Source of the DNA: Octopus bimaculoides
Taxonomy: Eukaryota
Direction: 5' to 3'
NCBI RefSeq assembly: GCF_001194135.2
Contig: NC_068992.1
Location: 1,192,431-1,256,430 of the forward strand
DNA: 64,000 nucleotides
The notes beneath the pieces were generated by a model. The model was not told the origin of the DNA. It did not search any database and saw only the letters and a list, made by a program, of their open reading frames with translations. Both the position numbers and the translations under genes were made by a program. Within the stretch, counting starts at the first letter, position 1, and the number at the start of each line of letters is the position of its first letter. Positions 1-12,700 of this stretch are shown in pieces.

Positions 1-29
1 TATATATATATATATATATATATATATGC

Positions 30-96
<67 letters not shown>

Positions 97-112
97 CGTG
101 CGTGTGTGTGTA
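1..112. repeat. Compound (TA)n/(TG)n microsatellite
   Basis: Direct dinucleotide runs. Confidence 0.95.
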
Positions 113-622
113 CCTTTCAATTGACACTTTCCGGAATGTTCTTAATGCACATACTCTTATATATATGTCGGTGAATTCTATGATGCCGAATATAAAATCG
201 TTTCGAATACTGTTAATATAGAAATTTACACTAATTTTGATTAGATTTTTCAAGTGACATAACACAATTGGATGCACGCTTGCACTTAATAGAATCAAGA
301 CTTAATGGAACCACACTGCTCCATTGACCCAAATATGTATTCTACTCTAACCTTCTTTATAACGTCAGACTCGCTGATTAATATTTAGTCATTTATCGTA
401 TATATGTAAATGCATACGTGCATCTACACAAAGATACACACACTCACTGAAATACTCGCTGCGCTGGCGTACGCGGACACACACGCATACACGATAAGAA
501 GCGAACAGATGTATGCACAATAAACACATATATTAACATTCCCACTCACCTATGAATGATTGTGTACGGTTGTTTTGTATGTATGTATGTATGTATCCAT
601 GTGTGTATGTATGTTTCTCTGC

Positions 623-677
<55 letters not shown>

Positions 678-2313
678 TATGTATGTGTACATATAATTCT
701 ATATCAGCGTGGTGCATGTGTTACCTTAAGTAGCAAAGAGTGCGTCTTTCTCTGTGCAGGGACGTGTACTTTCAATGCCTATGAACTTCAGTATGTGCAC
801 GTCATTATATAAGATGTTTCTCTATAAAGAATTCAGAGTAAATATGAAATATGTAACTTCTCTTACGATTTGTCGTTCTAATTGCATTCAAGCTTGAATG
901 CTTTAGCCATTCGCCAGTTGATATCAGTCACGGTGTTTCGCATTTCCCGCAATTTTGTCACCTATATCCATATATTGCTTGTTATACACACCTACCGGAA
1001 CGCTCATGCGATATCTTATTATCTAGCTTAATTTACATTGTCCGCTTCATGCATGTGTTAAATTAGAGAACTTCATTTATATCAGATCCGAGAAAGAGAA
1101 CAACAGATTTGGTTACAGACACGATTTCCACAATTTCTTCGTAAGTTAATGAGATATCTTGGTATCGTAAGAGCGGCAAATAGATGAAGTAGAGGAAGAA
1201 AGATTACTTCTGTAGAGCCGAGAGAAATGAGCTGCTTCGTTTACTCCATTAATGCCATAGAGATAAACATGAAGTTTATAATGCGTCTGAACCATGAAAA
1301 TTCGTGGTGAAAAAGAAATCAAGGCTACTTCATTGATGTCTACGTAGATTCTCCAAATGTAAAGTTTTCTCTAGTAATGCATCATTCCAGTTGTTCCCAA
1401 AACGAATTGCTTAGTGTGTGTTCCGCTTTCAATGAGCCGAATTTGCATTCCGTGCTTTCGTTCAATAAAATAAATGATATTAATTTACTCAGTTTCATTC
1501 AATCAATTTACTCTCTAATGAAAAGGTTATGTTCTGCCGGGTAAAGGAACAAGGATACAGAATACTGAGATATTCAATCTTACCAACTCATCCAATAGAT
1601 TATTATTTTACTTTACACCTCAACGGAAATGACAATACTGATGATGCTATTGCTGTTGCGTTTGCTGTTGATGTTGCAGTTGGTTTTATGCTACTATTGC
1701 TGCTTTCCTCGTAGTTCTGACTGTTCTTTAACTATAGGTCGACTCTGATAGACCAGGCCCAATGATATTCATAATAATTCAATAGGTGATCATCCACTTA
1801 TTTCCTGTATCAGCAGTATTACATTATTAAATCCGTGCGGTGTTTTTTATTTTCCTATTTTCTTTTTAGAAATACTAATGTAGGTAGATTACCTGCCTTC
1901 CATGTCTAGCGGGTTGAATGAATACCTATCGAAGCATTTCATTGCATTCTTTTTACGATATTTTATAAGTAAAAGTACTGATTCCTTTTTTCCCTGCCAA
2001 CAGAATCTCCGCTTCTTACGTTTATTGTGAAAGCCAAAAAATATGAAAACTCAAATATTGCATCACAATGAAAAATGCTTGTAATGTTTCGAAGATTGTA
2101 TAATGTAAGAGAAAGAATGTTACAATGACAACTGTTACTACTAAAGGCTACTTGTCTTCTCAGCTGGCGTCGATGTTGGCAACACAGAACTAACATCATT
2201 AATATTTGTATTTCCTTCGCTCTTCCACGTGCAAATTTTAAATTAAATATGAACTAATACAAAACTTGTGTTTCTGCTACAAGTTGTTACTACTACAGCA
2301 AACACTGCACCAC

Positions 2314-2317
<4 letters not shown>

Positions 2318-2355
<38 letters not shown>

Positions 2356-2367
2356 TAATAATAATAA
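2318..2367. repeat. (AAT)n microsatellite
   Basis: About 16 AAT units directly upstream of the R4-like element. Confidence 0.95.
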
Positions 2368-3060
2368 CTCATAGCTCAAAACAATGTGCTGAATAAGGTA
2401 AAAACAGTATATCATGCATTATATCCCCGAAAATGCATAAGACACCATAAAAGAAAGGAAGGAAAAGGAACAGGATAGAAATAACACTGGACGCAGTAAA
2501 TAAATGGCTAAACCAAAGTAGAATTTCTACACAACTACCCAACCCGGAAATACATAAGGCAAACGAGCAAATCAACAACACACACAGACAGGTAAATACT
2601 GAAGCACAAAACAACAACACACAAAATAACGCACGGCATAAAAGACTAGGTATCACCGAGGACGGAGACGAACCGACTGAAGAAATATCGAAAGTAAAAG
2701 AACTAAACATCACGCTGGATAAATATGGACCAGCATAACAGTCTCCCAAAGGCTACAAAAATTTATATAAAGAGCTTTATGAAAGGATAAATAAATATAG
2801 CAGATCTTTAGAAATAACAATGACGACATCGAAAGATACACTCGATATCAACAATCTAGGTTACCTTATCTACTCAACAGCTCTAGTGATATCCTGTGAA
2901 GCTGGATTTGTTCCTTACGAACAAATGATAAATCATATGGGCAAAAACGTAGAAGCTATGCCTAGATCCTCAACACAACATACTCTCCAAAAACTAGCCC
3001 TGAGAGGAACAGCTCACATGCTACGCAAGACACTACAAAGAGTTGCTGAGATAGTAACAC
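2368..3060 (+). mobile_element. Internally deleted R4/Dong-like (RLE-type) non-LTR retrotransposon remnant
   Basis: Near-continuous frame with an N-terminal-like part (RKRNRIEITLDAVNKWLN...LDINNLGYLIYSTALVI) running into QHTLQKLALRGTAHMLRKTL, which matches the R4-clade C-terminal motif LQKxxLLGTAxILRxxL. One in-frame stop near 2747. No RT motifs. The 3' boundary is approximate. Confidence 0.65.
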
Positions 3061-4519
3061 TCCATGACCACAGTATTGACTTGCTTGTTCCATCTACGCC
3101 ATGTCCATTGCTGGATAACGACAGGGTGGAGTCAGACCAGTATCTCTGAGCCTACCGGTTGCAACAACCTCACAAACAAAGGCTTCAGTTTCATTACTAC
3201 TATTATTCACAATATTTTTTTTTATTGTCACTATATTTATCATTTTCTTTCGTTATCTATATTATAAGATTAAATACTAAGCTAGCTTTACTTAGATTCT
3301 TATATTTCTTCTTAGACGTCGTTTGCTTCACTTTAAATTTAAGTTATTTTGGGTTACCTTGATATCATTGTGTTAACTTAAATATTCGGACATATTTGAA
3401 TGACTTGTATTTTGCACTGTTCTTCTATGTCTAAATTTGTTGGCACAATAGAAAAATCGTCGGTCTTGTATGCTGTAATCATCAATACAAGATGTGGTAT
3501 TCTCCATTATTTTACATGTTGTTATATATATGTGCGTGTGTGTTTGTGTGGGTGTGTATGTTTTAACTGACACATTGATGTAAATATTTCTTCATCTACC
3601 GAGCTACGGTTGGTGTTTTTCGCGCTTAAGTTAATCCCTGCAACAACCGGCAAATGATGAAAGGTGTTGCAGCTAGGACCGTCAAGTTTTGTTTTCCCCT
3701 CAATGACTTCATTTGCAGAGTACCAAGCATCAAATTATTAATATGATTTCATTAAGGACTCTTAATGTGAGACTTCATTGGAAGAGGGGAGGCTGTAATT
3801 TTTGTTCTACAATTTGATCACATGTCGGTGTGGGAGTAAGATTAATGTAACCTGGAGACGGGAATTATTTGCGAAACTTTGCTGTTTAAATTTTCAAAGT
3901 CAAATTAATGTGCGTATTTCAGAAAATAGAAAATTGTTTGACTAGTGAAAAGAAAACTGTAGTGGTGGGGACAGCTATGGAAGAATAAACGATGGTCACA
4001 GTTTCACTCTCCACCCCACAGAAATCCAAATAGAAATCAACATGATAGGAAACACATACATTTTCACATCATTGTCAAAAATTCGTGCTGACTTGGATAA
4101 GAGAGAGGGAGAAATTAAGTGTGTGTACGTAGACGAAACCAGACAAAGTAGTTTGGACAATATTGGTTATTCATTAAATTCTGGCTGCATCTCTTTTCAT
4201 GCAGGTGGATATTGTCATTCAATATTTGAAGATAATGCAATAAGTATTTTTCAATGTTATATTTGATACGGCAGACTATAATACAATACCGGGAAGAGCC
4301 ACAATTCATTCTTCAATGGAGTAGAAGGAATGCTGAATTTCATTTTTCTTTTATATCCCAACATTTGGTACAAAGAGCCGTGAAGATTCTTGTAAAAAAA
4401 AAAAAAAATTAACGCGTTAGCGCAATATATGTAAACTTCGATTTTTGGCTGTTGTAAATTTTGCGTGTTACTGTATGTATTTATATATATATAGATATAT
4501 ATATATATATATATAACTG

Positions 4520-4867
4520 GCTCTCTGTCAATTATGGAGATTTGTGCTCCAGTTGAAATTAATGTGCGAGCTGTTGAGCACTCTACAGACACTCGTATCT
4601 AAAGGTATTTCTCGAGGAGATTCAGCGTGACACAGTATGTGGAAAGGCTGGCCCTTTGAAATACAGGTACAACAGAAACTCGAAGAAAGAGTGAGAGAAA
4701 GTTGTGGTGGAAGAGTAAAGCAGGGTTCATCACCAACCCCTGCCGGAGGCTCATGCAACTATTGGTGTTTTCGCTCAATAAACAATCACAACACCCACTC
4801 TGGGAATCGAAACTGCGATCCTACGATCACGAGACCGCTGCTCTAATTACTGGGTCATTGCCCCTCC
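4520..4867 (-). mobile_element. tRNA-derived SINE, family 1 (tRNA-Arg-like head; possibly an octopus OR-type SINE), diverged, 3' end eroded
   Basis: Aligns along its length with 45603-45991. Minus-strand head at about 4800-4867 has A-box and B-box-like motifs (ggtttcgattccc). Confidence 0.85.
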
Positions 4868-4896
4868 ACATGTATGCATGTATGTATGTATACACA

Positions 4897-5036
<140 letters not shown>

Positions 5037-5829
5037 TTTGAACTTAATTTCGATTCTAATTTATATCATTCCCTTCATTCGTTACAACAAAATCTTCGAG
5101 TGCTGTATTTGAATAATGTCCAAAATGCATCTACTTATATCTACAAATGCGACGTGTGGCGCTTTCGTGTATCAGTCGCAAATCGTTTATTCTCCTTCCG
5201 CCTCAATCAACTAAAAGCATACGGTGATCGCCATTTTATTCCATTCTCTAATATCGATACCAGTATCAATTTTTATTAAGATACTTTTATAGCAACTATG
5301 AAATCAATTATATTTAATTTAATTAAGTTGAGACTTTAATTAATATAACTGATATTCAAAGAATCACATATGAATAAATTTCAATAAATACTTTCAGATT
5401 ACAATAACTGTTTGAGGTAAATGTATAATTATATTTTAAACTATCCATATTATTGATATTTAGCTGCTGGTCATGTACGTAAAAACATGGATTTAATAGC
5501 CTTTTTCTCCTTTTCTTCGCGTATTATTACATACTACATAGTAAGCAGGTTTAACAGTCTTAGCAGTTGTATCAATTTACTAATTGCAATCTGCTAATGA
5601 TTTAGTAGAAAATTTCTTTCGGCTGGTAATGTTATATACATTTGTGTAAATCAACTTTAATCCAATTTTTGAAAGACCTATCAGAGACTAGCAGATGTTA
5701 CAAATTAGGCGTTGTCGAGGTAAGGGGTTTAAGGAACGCTTCAAGGGATAGATTTCAAGAAAAGCAAATGTTAAACGTATTAACAAAGCGCAGTCTATGT
5801 TATATTGTTTCTATCAGAACGAATTTTAA

Positions 5830-6320
5830 ATGATACACGCACGCACGCATACACACATATATACACGCACTTACAAAAACACACACACATACTCACACAT
5901 ACGCCCGCTTACACGCACACGCGCGCACACACACACGCATGCACTCACGCGTACGCACATACACGCGCACACACATATACACACATATGTATGCATACAC
6001 GCACATACACACACGTACAACTATCATTGCGTTTATAATCTGCTGATGTCCAAATAGTTGAGCGCGTCAGAGATTATAATTTACTTCTGCAAGGGCCGTA
6101 TATTTGTCAATATTATGCTTGTTATTGAGTGATGCACATTCCTTGGCAATTGGAGCTCCTAATCGTTATCCATACGCACACACAAACCTCTTTCTGAATA
6201 TAAACACACACAACACACGTATACATGTGCGCGCGTGTGGGCGAGTGTGCGTACGAGTGTGTGTGTGTGTGTGTTTGTAGACACACATATACGCACACAC
6301 ACACATGTACACACAGAGAG
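5830..6320. repeat. Two degenerate CA/TG-rich simple-repeat tracts (5830-6020 and 6170-6320)
   Basis: Interrupted acac/gcac/gtgt units. Confidence 0.85.
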
Positions 6321-9076
6321 AAACAATGACTTCTTTTATATAAACATGTTCCTATATTTTAGCCAATGACCAACTAGATATACAACGGGCTTTCCGTTAG
6401 AACCAATGCCACGAATGTCAGCTCATATATTTTGTATGTCAGCAGAGTCCTTATTGTGGTCAATGTTGAGGAGAGATTTAAGAGTTAGGGAATATATTTG
6501 ACTGCTATTTCTAACAAATGACATTACCACTTTAACGCCTCTCCATTGACTTTGCACTTCTCAAATAGCTGCTTCACATTTATGACATTCTTCCGAACAG
6601 CGCATGATGATATTCACAATCGAATATTTACATGAAAATTCCATTCAGCATTTCATAAAACTTCTGTTTTGGTTACTAAAGAAATTTCACACAATATAAC
6701 ATTCATTTCGAGCTTTAACAAATAGTAAGTGTCCGCTATACATGAAATAAATCAACATACAAGTTCCATATAAGAAATATTAGCACTCATTCATATAATA
6801 CGTACATATGAAAGAACACAAACATTGTCCGCTCAGAGTAAGTATTGTTGACGGGATATTATTGTATGTCTTCTGTAGGTGATGCAAGGCCAAATTTATA
6901 TCAACAATACAGTGTAGTAACCCAAAGCAACAGTTGTAATTCGTAATATCTTAAAGTGTCAGATCACCGACTTTATTTTACGTCAGGTTCTAAATATCCA
7001 GGTTACGTGTAAGTTGTAAACATTTCGTGACACAACATCTTTCTCTCAGAACCTGCATAAAAGGATACCGTCTTTATTATTCCAATAAAGTGACTTCCTA
7101 CCTACAAACTTTAAATTTATTTCCGTTTATTCAAAACCTGTAATGTGAGAGATTAATAACTAAAATGAAATTAAGTAGCATTCAATTGTACATGATAAAT
7201 GTGAGGGATACAACGTCAGAGAAGTGAAAAGTTGACATTAGCAAGCACTTGCTGTTGATAACTCTTAGAGTGTTCATGCTACAAATAATCTCTCCGTTGT
7301 TGATTACATAAGTTATGTTTATGTAAGCAAGCGATGAAATCATCTCTATTTCTCCCTGGATTCTTCTACACGTTGGCCACGAACCAATATATTCCTTCTT
7401 TATTTACTTCATTCAGCATTACATTTAATGATATTCATATCTCATTGAATGGTATTAGCTCTCAAATATCTTCAAAGCTAAAGAAATTTTGGAAAATATA
7501 TTTCTTCTATTTTAAGAGCATCGGTTAGGAAGTTAAGCAAATGTTATTTTTCCTATGAACTCTACAGCTGCGCAGTTATCTTAAACGATTTACAGGTTTT
7601 TGATCCCTTAATACCACATCGTACTTCCATCTCTAATTAACTGGCTAAAGAAGCTATTAAACTGGAGACCAATTATGTAACGCTTACGTAGGCATTTGAA
7701 TATTCTTCATAAGATTCCCTGAAGGATTTAGCCAAGGAAATTTTAATTCCAATTTGAGATATCTTTTTTATGACTTATAATCGACACTTTACTTCATCCA
7801 AATGTTTTTCTTGGTTATTAATATTCACAGCATATGTATAATAACGTGCACCCTTATTTTAAGCGAAGCAAAGAGAAACCTAATCATTATTGTTTAGTAA
7901 AAGCATCCTACACAGGAGAGATTGTCATGTAGATTAAAATTCAATAACCATACGCAAGAACAACTTGATCTCAGTTCCATTTACACATTATAGCATTTCT
8001 CTAGATCTGTGACCACCGTATTTAGAATAATTTAAAATATCACATTGGTCGTCTTCCATTAAAATAACAAAAAACACGATTGTTTTTTTTTTCGGCGAGA
8101 AAGGTAATGTTATATGGAAGAATCATAGAAGAATATTGCTGTAACATTAATTTCCTTGATACAATATGGATAATTTGATCCCCACAAATAAATTTATTAT
8201 TTAGCGATCAGCGACTTATTCAATCTTCTTCATATAGGGAGCAAAGTTGGCTCTACAAATACACTTTGCTTGTATTACAATGAAAGAGATTTGTATCCAC
8301 GCAAATTTTCCTACGTAACTGGCTGAAGCCTACGTATTAAATTCATTCGAAATATGATCAGTTGTTTCTCTGAATATTTTTATAATATAGGATTCATATT
8401 CGTAACAATCTAGTCTATTATATGTAAGAAAATAAGGTTAAAAGAGTGAGATGTTAGTCTGAGCATTGAGCATTTAGATGAAAATATCCTGTAAAGTGTG
8501 CTACCAAATATATACATGCGTGTGTGCGCGCGTGTACGGGGGGTATGCATGTATATATGCGTGCGTGTGTGCGCGCGTGCTTTTAGAGCAATGTCCACGA
8601 TGCTTCAGATAACGTGGATGAATATTTGAGATAACATAAGTTACTTTTTGTATTGATAAAATAGGCACAAAAATTTCTTCTGTTTTACGTTTGCCTACAA
8701 GCGAAAAGTCAACAATTGAAAAAGAACGTTCATTTATCAGAGCCTGCTTGCATTATTAGTAGATTGTTTACATGCCGTTCCTCTGTATATATATACCCAA
8801 ACATTGGTAGTTCATATTAATTGCGCACATAGGCGCATCCAAAAGGAAAAAAAAGTCGTGCGCAAACACATCTACACAAACATATATTGAGTGACCCTTC
8901 ATATAGGTTGATCTCTCAGTCTCTGAACAATAAACAGTAACGACAGCTTCTCTGCTAGTTCTTCGACAGTTACTATGGGATTTTTATTCCGTCTGGGTTT
9001 GCAAAAATCCATGCACAGACACATACAGACGTGCTCACACAAAGAGACAGCGGTACACATGCACACACTCACACAT

Positions 9077-9124
<48 letters not shown>

Positions 9125-9392
9125 CAAATACGAACACAAAAACACATATGCAGAATACATAAATACAAACGTACACACATCCAAACAAACAAACAAAAAG
9201 AATGCTGCTCGGATAACGGACACAGTCAACAACTATTGAAAAGGTTGCAATGCGCAACGAAAATTTTGGAAAAATAAATAAATAAATGAGTCGAAACTTG
9301 AACGGTGAATGTGTTAATAATAAGGCAATAGAAGTGAATGACTCTCCCCACACACAGCAATAGACACACGCACACACACACAACTATCTATG

Positions 9393-9797
9393 TTTACTCT
9401 TTTACTCCTTTACTTGTTTCAGTCATTTGACTGCGGCCATGCTAGAGCACCGCCTTTAGTCGAGCAAATCGAAGCCAGGACTTATTCTTTGTAAGCCTAG
9501 TACTTATTCTATCGGTCTCTTTTTACCGAACTGCTAAGTTACGGGGACGTAAACACACCAGCATCGTTTGTCAAGCGATGGTAGAGGGACAAACAAAGAC
9601 ACGCAAATACACATACATATATATATATGTACATATATACGACGGGCTTATTTCAGTTTCCGTCAATCAAATCCACTCACAAGGCTTTGGTCGGCCCGAG
9701 GCTATAGCAGAAGACACTTGCCCAAGGTGCCATGCAGTGGGACTGAACCCGGAACCATATGGTTCGTAAGCAAGCTACTTACCACACAACCACTCCT
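9393..9797 (-). mobile_element. tRNA-derived SINE, family 2, full length, with internal microsatellite
   Basis: Minus-strand head aggagtggttgtgtggtaag...gggttcagtccc (A/B boxes), then ccttgggcaagtg, an internal TA/TG-rich tract (about 9587-9640), a 3' module ending gcggtgctctagcatggccgcagtcaaatgactgaaac and an (AAGAGTA)-like tail. The 3' half recurs at 49.6 kb and 60.5 kb. Confidence 0.85.
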
Positions 9798-12700
9798 AAG
9801 CCTAAATATTACAGAGAATTGCGTATATAAACGTAATATTCCATGAAACTTAGTTACGTTACAAAGTTGAATTCGCAAAATCAAATACTCTTGAATCTCC
9901 AGAAGCCATTTTGAAATCTACTTGTAGTAGAATACCTAAATTATTAAATGATATTTATTCGACTGTGGCATTTACAAAGGATGTGACTTCCATACAGTCG
10001 TGAATTATCATATGGTAGTTGAGTGGCTATTATCTTCAATTTTAGAAACCTAGCTTTTAAATCCTCCATTCATACTTGTTCTAATTAAGCAGAACATGAT
10101 GTGAACAAATTACCAGCGCAAACTACGTAATCACAGAAGTCTTATCAAGTTGTTCCTCAAATACACCGATTTAACAAATTTTGTAGGTTCACTTTCTAAA
10201 GATATACACTGATCGGGGACAATAAAAGCTGTACATTTCGTGAATTTACAAAATTCAAGAGGGTTTATTGGAATATCTTTTGTTTCCTATGTTATTTGAA
10301 TTTTTCCCTAGCCTTTTAAGATAAAGAATCGGGACTGAAGCCACGGCTTTGCTAGAATCATTTATCTACGAAACAAGATGTCCACTATATCGATTATATG
10401 CTTTTCACCTAATCAGCATTGAACCTACGTGCTTAATACTAAGTTCTATGATGAAACAACGCATTTTATGTCCTGCATATACATTCATATATACCTACCT
10501 ACCTACCTACCTACCTACCTACCTACCTACCTAACTACATACACACACAAATATATATATATATATATATAACATAAATGCATAATCACTAATAGGTGAT
10601 GTTTGCTGTTTTTTATCCCAGTGGTAAGTCAACTCGTCATACTTGGTTATGAAATGTAAATGCAATATAAAATCTGCAGAGGGGAGGAGAACTAACATCA
10701 CACGCATTTGAGTTTCTGATGACTCTATGAGAAAAATCTTTCCCAGAGTCAAGAATCAGGAGGTGCTCACGAATGTCATAATGAGCTTAGAAATGGTTAA
10801 CTATTCATAATTTGTAGTCAAACGAGGAAATATTGTCGGCAACATAATGAAAAGTCAAAGAACTCACTCATGATGTTTGCTATAACAAAAAAAAAAAGAC
10901 AAAGAAATTAACTCGGTATTTGCATAGATTGTCAGTGTGATTAAATCTAGAGAAGCAAATGAACACTTCAGCATAAGTCGATAGGCATGGACGTCATAGT
11001 TACTGAGATTCAATAAAATCATATCCCCGAACTCTGCCTCATTACGCAGTACTTGTAGCAACAGTTAGCTTATGAGGCTGGACACATATGAACATATAAT
11101 ATAAAAACTAGAATGATAATAAGAACTAGTACTTACCACCACATGAATAGCAAAACTGGTTCGGAATATATTTTGAGGAGGGGTACAGAACGATTAACCC
11201 CTTTTTCTTCGGTGAAACAGTATTTAGTTTGTGATCTTAAGAACATAAATCACTTTCATGCAAATTGTTCCCCCTATTTTCACTTCTGGACAAACAATAA
11301 CTTCCATCACGTCAGTAATACTCTCCACTCTATAACTTACAGAATGCATTACGTTATCAACAGGAAACATAGCCAACCCTTTCAGAGATCCCGAACCAGA
11401 GAGCATCTCAAATTTGAAAATACACATTGTTGGTTGAGTGTTCCAATAAAAAGCAGCATGCCGATGTAAACAGAATAGGTAAGAAAATGTTCTACAGAAT
11501 ATGTAGCAAATATGATCGACTCTTGAAGAGATGATGAACAATGGTTATCATTGTCTGACCTTCTATGAAGGCCAATGCGAAACGTACCGCACTTATATAA
11601 ACTTCATGAATTTTCATTTCAATATCATTTCACAGAGGCAGTTGTATGTGTAACAACAGACATGGTTATTTCAAATTTTTCAGGAAACCCTAGACACTCA
11701 TATAACCCCTGCCTTCTTTAACATTTCTATTATTCGTCTTCATTTCTAACTCTCCAACAAACACAATAACAACTGTTCTCTATACTTTCAAGGTGAAAGT
11801 TGCATTAAATTAAAAGTTAAAATTCCATCCCCCTACTCTCATAACGCTGCGTTCCACTAGTCACGGAAGTATTTACAGCGTAACAGTTAGGTTGGTTCAT
11901 TAAAATTTATTAGTTGTTTACCACGATCTCTACTTATTCATTTTCTTTGTTCGTTTATAATTTTCTTTTTCACCTTGCCTTCATCAACTATGCAAATTGT
12001 ATGAGTATGTGGACTGACACAACATCCATGACTGGATGCTAATAATACAGTAAATATATTTAAGTATTTCTTCTACTTTATTATTTTAATTAAAATATTT
12101 GTTTCCAAAACACATTTAACATAAACTTTCTTCTATATTTACCAACACGAAAATTTACTTTTCCAGTTTCCTAATATATCTCTCCTACTTTCGAAATGTT
12201 ACGTACATAGATCACTAGATTTTAAACATGTGATGTATGAAATCACAAACATTTCATGTATATTGTTTCTTCATAGTGTCCTCTCTTGTCTAAGTGATGC
12301 AAAGGAATATAAATAGTACTACCTTGTAGTAACATACTATATCTTCTATATGTGATGCTTATTTTATGTAAGTTTACAGCACAATTCCAAATAACTTTTA
12401 TAGTAATTTGAGTAGCTTATTCTGAGACTTGGCTTTTTTTAATGCAAAATTTCCATTCTGAATAATGATTTCTTTATAAAAATCGCTATTGTGAACTGAA
12501 GCCACTGCGTGTAATACTTTATTAAATATTAACTGTATCTGATACGTACTCCATATATATGTGATGGAAGGCAGAATAAATTTAATATACAACACTCATA
12601 TAAACTGTCACTTGGACATACAGACATTCATGCAACACATTTTACTCGACACAAAACTATATTCAATGAAGTTTCAAATATATTAGATACTGTCATCGAT

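Noticed and set aside
10864-11061. Minus ORF segment LRNEAEFGDMILLNLSNYD vaguely like GT31 galactosyltransferase E...GDI motif
   Set aside because: Too short, no convincing splice boundaries, no other exons found.
11340-11478. Segment bounded by acttacAG and a GTAAGA donor
   Set aside because: Stops in all three frames; could only be non-coding and has no other support.
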